Below, one piece after another: positions 9,575 through 18,363 of a DNA stretch of 33,372 nt (its first letter is position 1; each line of letters opens with the position of its first letter). The translations under genes were made by a program, and so were the position numbers. The DNA lies in assembly GCA_029856125.1 (NCBI GenBank), contig JAHQWJ010000068.1, forward strand, positions 1 to 33,372, in the 5' to 3' direction. The notes below the pieces were generated by a model, which saw only the letters and a list, made by a program, of their open reading frames with translations, was not told where the DNA came from and made no database searches. The DNA is from Promethearchaeia archaeon (GTDB taxonomy: Archaea > Asgardarchaeota > Lokiarchaeia > Sigyniarchaeales > SOKP01).

Positions 9575-11584
9575 TTATTTTTTCAATTTCGAATCTACAA
9601 TTTTTCGAACCATGCTCTCGTCTATTTGGAATGGTAAAGTAATTTGCCCTCTCTCCTTATGCTTTACATTCCAATTATAAGCTGTGTCCAAAGCATTTAC
9701 ATTTCTCGCCCAAGCTCTTCTTGCTACGCCACAGGTTACATCCCATTCTATGGCATTTCTTATAATTTCATTAACGCGTTCGGATCCATCCAAAACTAAT
9801 CCAAATCCTCCATTAATAGCCTTTCCAGTACCAACGCCACCTCCATTTGATAACACACACATCGTCATACCTCGAGCGATATTTCCAGCCCAACTATGGT
9901 GAGCCATATCTGCCATAATATTACTACCATCTTTAATATTTGATGTCTCTCTAAAGGGAGAGTCAGTACCAGATACATCATGGTGGTCTCTACCGAGCAT
10001 AATGGGACCAATTTCGCCAGATCTGATTAATTCGTTAAATTGTAAAGCGATATTTACGCGTGTTTCCATGTCAGCATATAATATACGAGCTTGTGAACCC
10101 ACTACTAGTTTATTCATTTCAGCATTTTTAATCCAATACCAATTATCGCGATCTTGAGCTCTACGGTTTGGATCTATACAAGAAAGAGCGACTTGATCTG
10201 TTTTTATTAAATCTGAATGTTCTAAACTTAAGCAAACCCATCGAAAAGGACCATAACCATAATCAAAACACAATGGTCCCATGATGTGCTCAACATATGA
10301 TGGAAAGATGAATCCGTTTTTGGGGTCTCCATCTATTGCAATTTCATTAACTCCAGCATCATAAACAGCTTTAAGAAATGAATTACCATAGTCCCAAAAT
10401 TTCGTTCCCTTATTAACCATAATTTTGATAAGTCTATATTGTTCACGTAATGATTCATTAACTAGTTTTTCGAATTCTTTTCGATTTGTTTTCAACAATT
10501 CTCTACCTTCATCGAAATTTAGGCTAAAAGGAGTATAACCTCCATCGTAAGGAGCGTGACAAGACGTCTGATCCGAGGCAAGCTCAACCTTAATATCGTG
10601 ATCCACTACATATTTCCATATATCAACTATATTACCTTGATAAGCTATAGAAACAGGTTCTTTTTTTGTTCTATATTCTTCCACCCAACTAAAGATTTCT
10701 TCAAGGTTTTTTGAAACTTTACTTACCCATCCTTGTTCATATCGAGTTGTAATACGAGACTTATCAACCTCTGCTATTATACCGATACCACCTGCGATTT
10801 CTATAGCTTTAGCTTGAGCGCCACTCATACCACCTAAGCCAGAGGTAATATATAAAACACCCTTGAGACCTTCATCTTGAGGTATCCCTAAATATAGTCT
10901 TCCAGCGTTAAGTAAAGTTATATATGTTCCATGAACGATTCCTTGGGGACCTATATACATCCATCCTCCCGCAGTCATTTGTCCATAATTCGCAACTCCT
11001 AAAGCTGAAGCTCTTTGAAATTCTTCAGGGGTGTCAAATAAACCAATCATTAATCCATTGGTCATAATTACTCTTGGAGCATCTCTTTTGCTTGGAAACA
11101 AACCAAGAGGATGCCCAGACATAACAACTAATGTTTGATCGTCCTTAATAACTTCGAGGTATTGTTTGATTAATCTATATTGTAACCAGTTCTCGCATAC
11201 TTGCCCACTTTCTCCATATGTGACTAATTCGTAGGGATAAAGTGCTACATCAAAATCTAAGTTGTTATCAATCATGAGTTGTATCGCTCGTGCTTCAAGA
11301 ATACCTTTATATTCATTGATGGGCTTAGCTCTTATGTGTTCGGATGGTCGATAACGGTAAGCGTAAATTCTTCCTTTATTAGTTAACTCACTTAAAAATT
11401 CGGGCGCAAGTTGGTCATGTAAGCTTTCAGGAACGTATCTTAACGCATTTTTTAGAGCAATAATTGTTTCTTCACGATTTAAGTTGTATCCACGACTTGG
11501 AGCCCTACGAATACCTTGTTCGAACACTGGATCAAGCGGTAATTCATCGTGTAATTTAATTTTCATTGCTTTAGTAATGTCCAT
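9575..11584 (-). CDS. hutU: Urocanate hydratase (long, about 670-aa form)
   Basis: MIDNNLD, YPYELVTYG, YGQMTAGGWMYIGPQGIVHGT, GLGGMSGAQ, SDQTSCH, DYGN, GRDHHDVSGTDSPFRET and NGGGVG. Confidence 0.97.
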   Translation of the reverse strand: MDITKAMKIKLHDELPLDPVFEQGIRRAPSRGYNLNREETIIALKNALRYVPESLHDQLAPEFLSELTNKGRIYAYRYRPSEHIRAKPINEYKGILEARAIQLMIDNNLDFDVALYPYELVTYGESGQVCENWLQYRLIKQYLEVIKDDQTLVVMSGHPLGLFPSKRDAPRVIMTNGLMIGLFDTPEEFQRASALGVANYGQMTAGGWMYIGPQGIVHGTYITLLNAGRLYLGIPQDEGLKGVLYITSGLGGMSGAQAKAIEIAGGIGIIAEVDKSRITTRYEQGWVSKVSKNLEEIFSWVEEYRTKKEPVSIAYQGNIVDIWKYVVDHDIKVELASDQTSCHAPYDGGYTPFSLNFDEGRELLKTNRKEFEKLVNESLREQYRLIKIMVNKGTKFWDYGNSFLKAVYDAGVNEIAIDGDPKNGFIFPSYVEHIMGPLCFDYGYGPFRWVCLSLEHSDLIKTDQVALSCIDPNRRAQDRDNWYWIKNAEMNKLVVGSQARILYADMETRVNIALQFNELIRSGEIGPIMLGRDHHDVSGTDSPFRETSNIKDGSNIMADMAHHSWAGNIARGMTMCVLSNGGGVGTGKAINGGFGLVLDGSERVNEIIRNAIEWDVTCGVARRAWARNVNALDTAYNWNVKHKERGQITLPFQIDESMVRKIVDSKLKK

Positions 11585-11784
11585 ACTTTAACCTAACATA
11601 AATATGTATATATATTTTAGAGTAAATGTTTCATACCACTAAAAAATGTTTCAAATGGAATTCAAATTTTATAAAACTTTTTCTTTTTCTAACCCGAAAA
11701 ATAGCCATGAGATAAAGGCAAAAGATAAAATGAAGGGAACTATTTTCCTATTAAAATAAACCTACAAATACTTGAGCAATTAAA

Positions 11785-11988
11785 TTGAAGGGAACAAAGC
11801 GAGCAGACATCAAATTAGGTATCCGAGTTTTAATCGTATTAAAGAAAGACCAGCGATCTGGTAAGTTAACCGAGGGTATAGTCAAAGATGTGCTTACAAA
11901 TTCTCCTAATCACCATCATGGAATTAAAGTTCGGTTGAGGAGCGGTGAAATTGGGCGAGTAAAAAAAATAATTAGCTCTAAGCAATAG
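11785..11988 (+). CDS. YwbE family small protein (DUF2196)
   Basis: IVLKKDQRSGKLTEGIVKDVLTNSPNHHHGIKVRLRSGEIGRV matches the YwbE pattern; TTG start. Confidence 0.88.
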   Translation: MKGTKRADIKLGIRVLIVLKKDQRSGKLTEGIVKDVLTNSPNHHHGIKVRLRSGEIGRVKKIISSKQ

Positions 11989-12036
11989 GGTAGTAAAAAC
12001 TAATCCAGAACTATAAAAAAAGAAAAAGTAAAAAAA

Positions 12037-13875
12037 CTATAAATTATCTAAACCTAAGGATTTAAGTTTTTTTTGATTTGGATAACCAGATTCTTTATCG
12101 AATTGTCGAAATTCATAATAGGCGTTTTTTAATTTTTGAAAATTTGGTGTTTTTCCAGCGGAGCCTCCTTCTTTAACGGGATTAAGTACGATCTTTGGCA
12201 ATCTATCATCTGCTGCTGTAAGTCCCATTTTTAAATTAAACATTCTTTTAATCATGTATATACGTTCCCCTAACAGCTTAAAATCCTCCATGGCTAATTT
12301 TAACCCAGTTGCTTTATTTACCAATTCTAAAATCATCTCAGAAGGAGGATTGGCAAAAGAACAGATAATTAATGACGCATATAATGCTCGATAATTTTGA
12401 AGACGAGCGCAAAATTCTGCCATAGGTTCATCATCTTGATACCAATCGACATTTAATTCGATTCCAAATTCTTTAAAGGGTAATCCAAGTATTGCCATAT
12501 AAGCATCACACGATGTATGGCAAGGTCCCCGAGGAGTAGCTAAAGCATAACCAGCTGCCATGCCGTACATGCGTCGTAAATCGTGGTATGGAATTTCCAT
12601 CCCGTAAACCGTAGCGATATCATCTTGAGGAATCTTGAATTTTTTTCCAACATAATCGGAACCTTCAGCCATAACCTCGCCAATGCCTTCCCTTAGCGCA
12701 ATTTTTTTTAATAATTCGAGAGCAGGAGTGATTTCACCCCATTTTGGTTCTAATCCGTTCAGATCTTCAGAATTAATTCTACCTGTATCGAAAAGATCAT
12801 ATATAAACGATATTGTACTACTTCCGCTTATCGTATCGATTCCGTAATCATTACATAAGTAATTTGCTCTTTGAATCCCTCCGAGATTATCCACCAAGAG
12901 CATAGATCCAAATCCAGCTACGGTTTCGTATTCAGCTGCTTCTATTTCACCATCAGTTTTATATTCCCCTTCATCAATTTTCACCCTCTTTGAACAACCT
13001 ATAGGACATGAATAGCAGGGATAACTTCCCGTGAACATCGTTTCGAATGCGGTAGAGCCCGATATGTTGAAAGCACCTTCCCAAGTTCCTTGTTTCCAGT
13101 ATTTAATTGGTAGTTCGCCTGAAGCATTATACATATCAACCCCACTTGATGTACCTAAATCCCCAAACATTTGTGTTGCAAAAGCGGAATTAATGGTGTC
13201 TGTTGTTAGTTTAGTAGCTTGTTTAAAACCTTCAGGTTCAAAAGCATTATATTTCCTTTTTGTTCCTCTAACTGTAATTGCTTTCAATTTTTTTGAACCC
13301 ATAACGGCTCCCATACCTGTTCTTCCAGCAGCTTTATCTTCGGAAGCAATTATAGCATATTTTACAAGATTTTCACCTGCTTGCCCTATACATGCAACGC
13401 GTGTTAGTTGGGATCCTGATTTTTCCTTCAATATTTTGGATGTCTCAAATATACCCTTCCCCCACAAGTCCGAAGCATCCTTAATTTCCGCTTTATTCTC
13501 ACTTATTTCTAAGAATACCGGACTCTCCGATGACCCTTTAAATACAATCCCATCGTAACCTACCTTTCTTAATTCTGGGCCGAAAAATCCTCCGCAATTC
13601 GATTCCCCCCATATTCCTGTGAGGGGTGATTTAGCACAAACTACGAATCTACCACTTGTAGGAGCGTTTGAACCGCACAAAAGACCAGTCATAAACATTA
13701 ATATGTTGTCTGGTGAAAGAGGGTCAGTATCTTTATCAATCTTGTCAAATAAATATTTACAAGCATATCCAGCGCCCCCAAGAAAATTAGTAGCAATAGT
13801 ATCGTCAATTTCTTCTTCACTAATCTCTTTATTGGATAAATTAACTATTAAAAGCTTACCTTCAAATCCTTTCAT
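12037..13875 (-). CDS. aor: Aldehyde:ferredoxin oxidoreductase (W/Mo-pterin)
   Basis: KSPLTG, ESNCGG, GYDG, CIGQAGE, AGRTGMGAVMGSKKLKAI, CYSCPIGC Fe-S motif, EYET, GIDTIS and DDRLP. AGGTG SD upstream. Confidence 0.95.
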   Translation of the reverse strand: MKGFEGKLLIVNLSNKEISEEEIDDTIATNFLGGAGYACKYLFDKIDKDTDPLSPDNILMFMTGLLCGSNAPTSGRFVVCAKSPLTGIWGESNCGGFFGPELRKVGYDGIVFKGSSESPVFLEISENKAEIKDASDLWGKGIFETSKILKEKSGSQLTRVACIGQAGENLVKYAIIASEDKAAGRTGMGAVMGSKKLKAITVRGTKRKYNAFEPEGFKQATKLTTDTINSAFATQMFGDLGTSSGVDMYNASGELPIKYWKQGTWEGAFNISGSTAFETMFTGSYPCYSCPIGCSKRVKIDEGEYKTDGEIEAAEYETVAGFGSMLLVDNLGGIQRANYLCNDYGIDTISGSSTISFIYDLFDTGRINSEDLNGLEPKWGEITPALELLKKIALREGIGEVMAEGSDYVGKKFKIPQDDIATVYGMEIPYHDLRRMYGMAAGYALATPRGPCHTSCDAYMAILGLPFKEFGIELNVDWYQDDEPMAEFCARLQNYRALYASLIICSFANPPSEMILELVNKATGLKLAMEDFKLLGERIYMIKRMFNLKMGLTAADDRLPKIVLNPVKEGGSAGKTPNFQKLKNAYYEFRQFDKESGYPNQKKLKSLGLDNL

Positions 13876-14010
13876 TTAATTAGCACCTTATTATTATATG
13901 AAAAATTAATTTTTTACTATTTATAGATTTAATCGTAGATTTTTATCTACCAATTCAAGTTTAGAATTAATAAGGCGAAATTTATATTTTCCTAAATAAA
14001 AAAGCTTAAG

Positions 14011-15741
14011 CTATTTAAAAATTTTAACTTCACGAGCTTCTAATGTTTCGAGTGAAGAAGGAAACTTCTTGAGATTATTACGCTCTATATTTAAGTACTG
14101 AAGAGAAGAAAGTGATTCTATTGATTTTGGTATATGGTTAATGAAATTTGTTCTTAAAAATAAATATTTCAAGGATTTGAGATTTCCAATAGAATCAGGT
14201 ATCTCTGTGAGCTTGTTGTTACCTAAATAAAGATATTTTAGATTTTTTAAATCCCCGATTGTATCTGGAATCTCTGTCAAATTATTATAATATAGATAAA
14301 GCCTTTTAAGAGATTGTAAAGATCCAATCGTATCGGGAATTGTACTGATTGTATTTTTACCTAAATCTAAATTTTCTAAAGATGTTAAAGAACCAATGCT
14401 ATTTGGTATCGTTACGAGTCGATTAAATCCTAAAACTAAGTTTTTTATTACGGGCAACTTTCCTATGGATGGTGTTAATTCCCTTAATTTATTAGTAGAA
14501 ATATCTAACTCTTTTAATGCTTCCAACGAGCCTATTGAACTTGGCAAAATTGTCAATTGATTTTTACTTAAATCTAATATTTCAAGAGATTTTAAGTTCC
14601 CAAGAGATTCAGGAAGAGATTTTAATTTGTTATCATATAAATCTAACTCCTTTAATGATGAAAGATCTCCAATCGAGTCGGGCAACTTCTCAAGCTCGTT
14701 ACGATCTATCTTTAATGTTTCAAGAGTATTTAATTTACAAATTGAATCTGGTAATTGTTTAAGCATATTTCTGTCCGACTTTATTGTTTTAATCGCGCTT
14801 AGGGCCTCGAGCTCAGGCAGTGAAGTTAATTGATTATTTATTAGCTCTAATTTAATAAGGGATTTAAGTGAATTCATGGATTTTGGTAGCTCAGTAAGGT
14901 AATTGGAAGAAACATTTAAGTTTTCTAATAATTCAAGAAATCCTATCGACTCCGGGAGAATAGGAAGCTTATTAGACATTAATCCTAAATATTTAAGGTT
15001 TACTAAGTCCCCTATAGAATCTGGTAGATAAGTAAGACTATTTCCTTTTAAGAAAAGAGACGATAAAGAAGTTAGATTACCTATTGAGTTAGGTAATTTG
15101 CTTAACTTATTGTTTCTCAAATTTAATCTCTTTAAAGAACTCAGAAATCCTATAGCTTCAGGTAAAATATCAAGGTTGTTACTTCCTAAATATAACATTT
15201 TTAGAGATTTTAATTCTTTAATAGAGTCTGGGAGTTCGTCTATCTTATTATGACTTAAATCTAAAGATACTAGGTTTTTCAATGCTCCTATAGTATCAGG
15301 AATTTTGCACAGAGAGTTTTCACTCAGATCTAATAGAGTAAGGCAAGATAATGAGCTAATAGTATCCGGTAATAAAGTTAAACGATTGGTTTCTAAATGT
15401 AATTCTTTTAATGAGGAGAGAGAATAAATCGCTTTTGGTAATTTTATTAACTTATTTTCACTTAAGTCTAAAGTATCAAGCGAAGAAATAAAACAAAGCT
15501 CTTCCGGAATAACTTTTAACTTGTTGCCTCTCAGTAGAATTTTTTTTAAACGAGTTAGAGTTGTAATTTTCTCGGGTATAATAGTTAATCCACAGGAAAA
15601 TAGACTTAAGCCCTCTACATGGTTATCTTTAACAGTATATCCAAAAGTATAACTTTGAAGATCTGAAACTTCTGGTATAGATAAGCCTATTAGTTTTTCT
15701 AAGTAATTAAGAAATTTATGTTCTTCTTCACTAATTGGCAT
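14011..15741 (-). CDS. Stand-alone leucine-rich repeat protein (about 23 repeats of 23 aa)
   Basis: Consensus LxxLxLxxNxLxxLPxSIGxLxx runs from about aa 45 to the C-terminus, after a short N-cap. ATG at 15741; the ORF track starts at TTG 15753. Confidence 0.95.
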   Translation of the reverse strand: MPISEEEHKFLNYLEKLIGLSIPEVSDLQSYTFGYTVKDNHVEGLSLFSCGLTIIPEKITTLTRLKKILLRGNKLKVIPEELCFISSLDTLDLSENKLIKLPKAIYSLSSLKELHLETNRLTLLPDTISSLSCLTLLDLSENSLCKIPDTIGALKNLVSLDLSHNKIDELPDSIKELKSLKMLYLGSNNLDILPEAIGFLSSLKRLNLRNNKLSKLPNSIGNLTSLSSLFLKGNSLTYLPDSIGDLVNLKYLGLMSNKLPILPESIGFLELLENLNVSSNYLTELPKSMNSLKSLIKLELINNQLTSLPELEALSAIKTIKSDRNMLKQLPDSICKLNTLETLKIDRNELEKLPDSIGDLSSLKELDLYDNKLKSLPESLGNLKSLEILDLSKNQLTILPSSIGSLEALKELDISTNKLRELTPSIGKLPVIKNLVLGFNRLVTIPNSIGSLTSLENLDLGKNTISTIPDTIGSLQSLKRLYLYYNNLTEIPDTIGDLKNLKYLYLGNNKLTEIPDSIGNLKSLKYLFLRTNFINHIPKSIESLSSLQYLNIERNNLKKFPSSLETLEAREVKIFK

Positions 15742-15915
15742 GAAAATCTCCAAATATGTTATTCATTCATAAAATTATTAATAAATAATCTAAAAAAATA
15801 ATAGAAAATGGAATATTTATGGTTTAACATTTCGACAATTTTGAAGTAGAAATAACAATTTAAGAAAAAAACAAAAAAAAATAGTTGTTATAATTGAATT
15901 AAAAATAATCTAAAC

Positions 15916-17118
15916 TTAGAAATCAACATCTTTTCCTTCATAAGCGTATTGGTATAATTTAGCAAAATGCTTTTGTTCACTACTCGTTGATCTCGGAGTG
16001 AGAACAGAACTCGCGTCTTGATAACACAAATTAACTAGATTATCCAAATCTTTTTCAAAGTCCTCTTTTGAAACACCAGTTTCTTTAAGAGTTAAAGGAA
16101 AATTAACTTCCTTTTGAAGCTCAACCAATTTTTCTATAACTTTGTTAGCAGCTTTTTTAGAATCTTCGGTCCAAGGAACCCATCCTAATTGTTTTGCAAG
16201 TTTTGCATAAATTTCAATCGCATCAAATTTATCTGGATCATTTAAAATAAACTGAGTAACATATTTCAACACAATTCCTACACTTTTTCCGTGATGGACA
16301 TGATACATCGAGCCCCACGAATGCCCAAGTGTGTGTCCTATATGTACTTGTCCATTTCCAAAAGCTAGCCCTGCAATAGTAGCAGCCTGGTGAAGAAAAT
16401 TTCTCGCTTCTTGATTTTTTCCGTCCTTATAAATTATAGGTAAATATTTAAAGATTAATTCGATTGCTTTTAGTGCTAAAGCATCACTAAATTCATTTCT
16501 CCATAAAGTTCCTAAACCTTCGATAGCATGAGCAAGAGCATCAAAAGCTGTGTCAACTGTGAGTTCTGTAGGCATGCCAATTGGAAATATTGGGTCTACT
16601 ATAGCGTAGGTTGGTATTAGACCTCTATGAAGATAGAAGTACTTCTTCCATATCTCATCTTCATAGCGAGAAATTACAGTTACAAACGTTGTTTCTGCTC
16701 CCGTTCCAGAAGTCGTAGGAATCGCAACCATCTTTGCTTTTTTGCCCATATCATATAGATCATTTCTAAATGTATGAATGTCATCCAGAACAAAATCAGG
16801 AAATTCGTATAGACACCAAACCACTTTAGCAGTATCCATAACTGAGCCACCACCTAACGCAATAATAATATCAGGAGAATAATTTAAACACTGTTCTCGA
16901 GCTTTTAGAACGCCTTCTTCTCTTGGATCTGGGACAACATCGTCAAAAACTTCATATTGCTTTCCAGATTTATCAAGGGTGTCAGTTAGAATTTTTAAAT
17001 AGCCTAAATCTTTAACAACTTTATCAGTAATAATAAAACATTTATCCCCTGAAATATTCTCCATGAAATCTAGGGAATCAGGTCCATAAATTATATTAGG
17101 GGAAAAGAAAAACCACAT
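15916..17118 (-). CDS. Iron-containing alcohol dehydrogenase
   Basis: IIALGGGSVMDTAK, AIPTTSGTGAE, AIVDP, DALAHAIE, HTLGH and HHG metal ligands. Confidence 0.94.
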   Translation of the reverse strand: MWFFFSPNIIYGPDSLDFMENISGDKCFIITDKVVKDLGYLKILTDTLDKSGKQYEVFDDVVPDPREEGVLKAREQCLNYSPDIIIALGGGSVMDTAKVVWCLYEFPDFVLDDIHTFRNDLYDMGKKAKMVAIPTTSGTGAETTFVTVISRYEDEIWKKYFYLHRGLIPTYAIVDPIFPIGMPTELTVDTAFDALAHAIEGLGTLWRNEFSDALALKAIELIFKYLPIIYKDGKNQEARNFLHQAATIAGLAFGNGQVHIGHTLGHSWGSMYHVHHGKSVGIVLKYVTQFILNDPDKFDAIEIYAKLAKQLGWVPWTEDSKKAANKVIEKLVELQKEVNFPLTLKETGVSKEDFEKDLDNLVNLCYQDASSVLTPRSTSSEQKHFAKLYQYAYEGKDVDF

Positions 17119-17272
17119 ATTATAGATTCACCATCTAATTATCAAATATTTTTAAAAATTAAATTTCTATTTTGATAGATTAATAATACTTATATTTTTT
17201 TAGATTAAATAAATTATTAACGGTTAATGAAAAATAAAACCTCTAAGGTCTTAAAGAAAATAATATAAAATC

Positions 17273-17698
17273 ATGGAAGATTCTGAAAAAGAAAACTTAT
17301 TTTTTACTTTTAAGGGCGTTATCGAAAGTATAATCCTAGATAAACGCAGAAATCCAAAGAACAATAAAATACTTGATACTTTTCAAGCAAAGTTAAATAT
17401 GGGGCTTCAAACTGAAGAGGAATTTTATCTATGGGTTAATCTTACCGCCAAGAAAGGAAAATACACCCTTGAGAAAGGAAAATTGGAACAATACGATTTA
17501 GAGATAAGGGCAACTCCAGAAGATTTGATGGGGTTTTCTAGCGGCGAAAACTCAACTCTCCATATGATGTTGAAAAAGAATAAATACGGATTTAAGAAGT
17601 TAAGATATGATAAAAGCAGTGACGGAAAAAGAAATTTTGGTATATTGTTGAAACTACCGAAAGTCCTTGTGTTAGACAAGGTTAAAGCGCCAAAATAA
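17273..17698 (+). CDS. SCP2-like (sterol carrier protein 2 fold) protein
   Basis: Pattern of beta strands followed by EKGKLEQYDLEIRATPEDL...GENSTLHMML...KL resembles SCP2 (DxxIxxxxEDxxxxxxGxxxxxxxxxxGKL). Divergent from the ADH gene. Confidence 0.55.
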   Translation: MEDSEKENLFFTFKGVIESIILDKRRNPKNNKILDTFQAKLNMGLQTEEEFYLWVNLTAKKGKYTLEKGKLEQYDLEIRATPEDLMGFSSGENSTLHMMLKKNKYGFKKLRYDKSSDGKRNFGILLKLPKVLVLDKVKAPK

Positions 17699-17735
17699 GA
17701 AAAATTACTACGAATTATTATTATTTTTTTTTAAT

Positions 17736-18362
17736 TCAATATTTATATCGAATTTTGTTGTTTTCAAAAACAAAATAGGATTTTAAATCCTCAAATTTCG
17801 TAGCTCTTATATCATACTGATGTAAAACCACATTAATCTCTCCCGTTTTTTCAACTATACTTAAAGTAATAAAAGAAGGGTTACCGCTTGCTATAAAAGA
17901 CCATGCTCCAGTAACGCTACCAGGATTCAACAGTAAAATATCTTTCTGAAGAAAAATCTCTTCTTTATGCGTATGTCCAGATATTAAAATGTTAAAACTT
18001 TTTTCGATACCAATCAATTCAAGTTGAGAATGATCTCCCCTAGGAGATACTTGATGGCCATGAGTTAACCCTACAATTAAATTATCATTATTTCCTATAG
18101 AAATATTTAAGTTTTGAAAGACGGGAGCATCTCGATTCCCCCCGTAATAATCCATATTCCCAATTACAACAAAAGGATTTTTCTTTGTGATTAAGTTTAA
18201 AAAATTCATGAATTTTGGAGCATTTACTACGTCGCCAGTAAAAAAAGTGTAATCAAATTTTTCAGTTTCAACTAATTGCTCTAACTTTTTGATAATTTGA
18301 TCTGGAACACTTTTAGCCCTACGAGGTAAGTGAGAATCGCCAATTGCTAATAACTTAATCAT
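17736..18362 (-). CDS. Vps29-like / MJ0936-YfcE family metallophosphoesterase
   Basis: IGDSHLPRRA, TGD, GNMD, GLTHGHQVSPRGD, ILISGHTH, NPGSVTGAW and PSF motifs. Confidence 0.9.
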   Translation of the reverse strand: MIKLLAIGDSHLPRRAKSVPDQIIKKLEQLVETEKFDYTFFTGDVVNAPKFMNFLNLITKKNPFVVIGNMDYYGGNRDAPVFQNLNISIGNNDNLIVGLTHGHQVSPRGDHSQLELIGIEKSFNILISGHTHKEEIFLQKDILLLNPGSVTGAWSFIASGNPSFITLSIVEKTGEINVVLHQYDIRATKFEDLKSYFVFENNKIRYKY

Positions 18363-18363
18363 G

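Noticed and set aside
14011-15741. 69-bp periodicity as a CRISPR array or DGR-like repeat
   Set aside because: The repeats are degenerate at DNA level and fully explained by LRR coding; there are no identical repeats, cas genes or reverse transcriptase.
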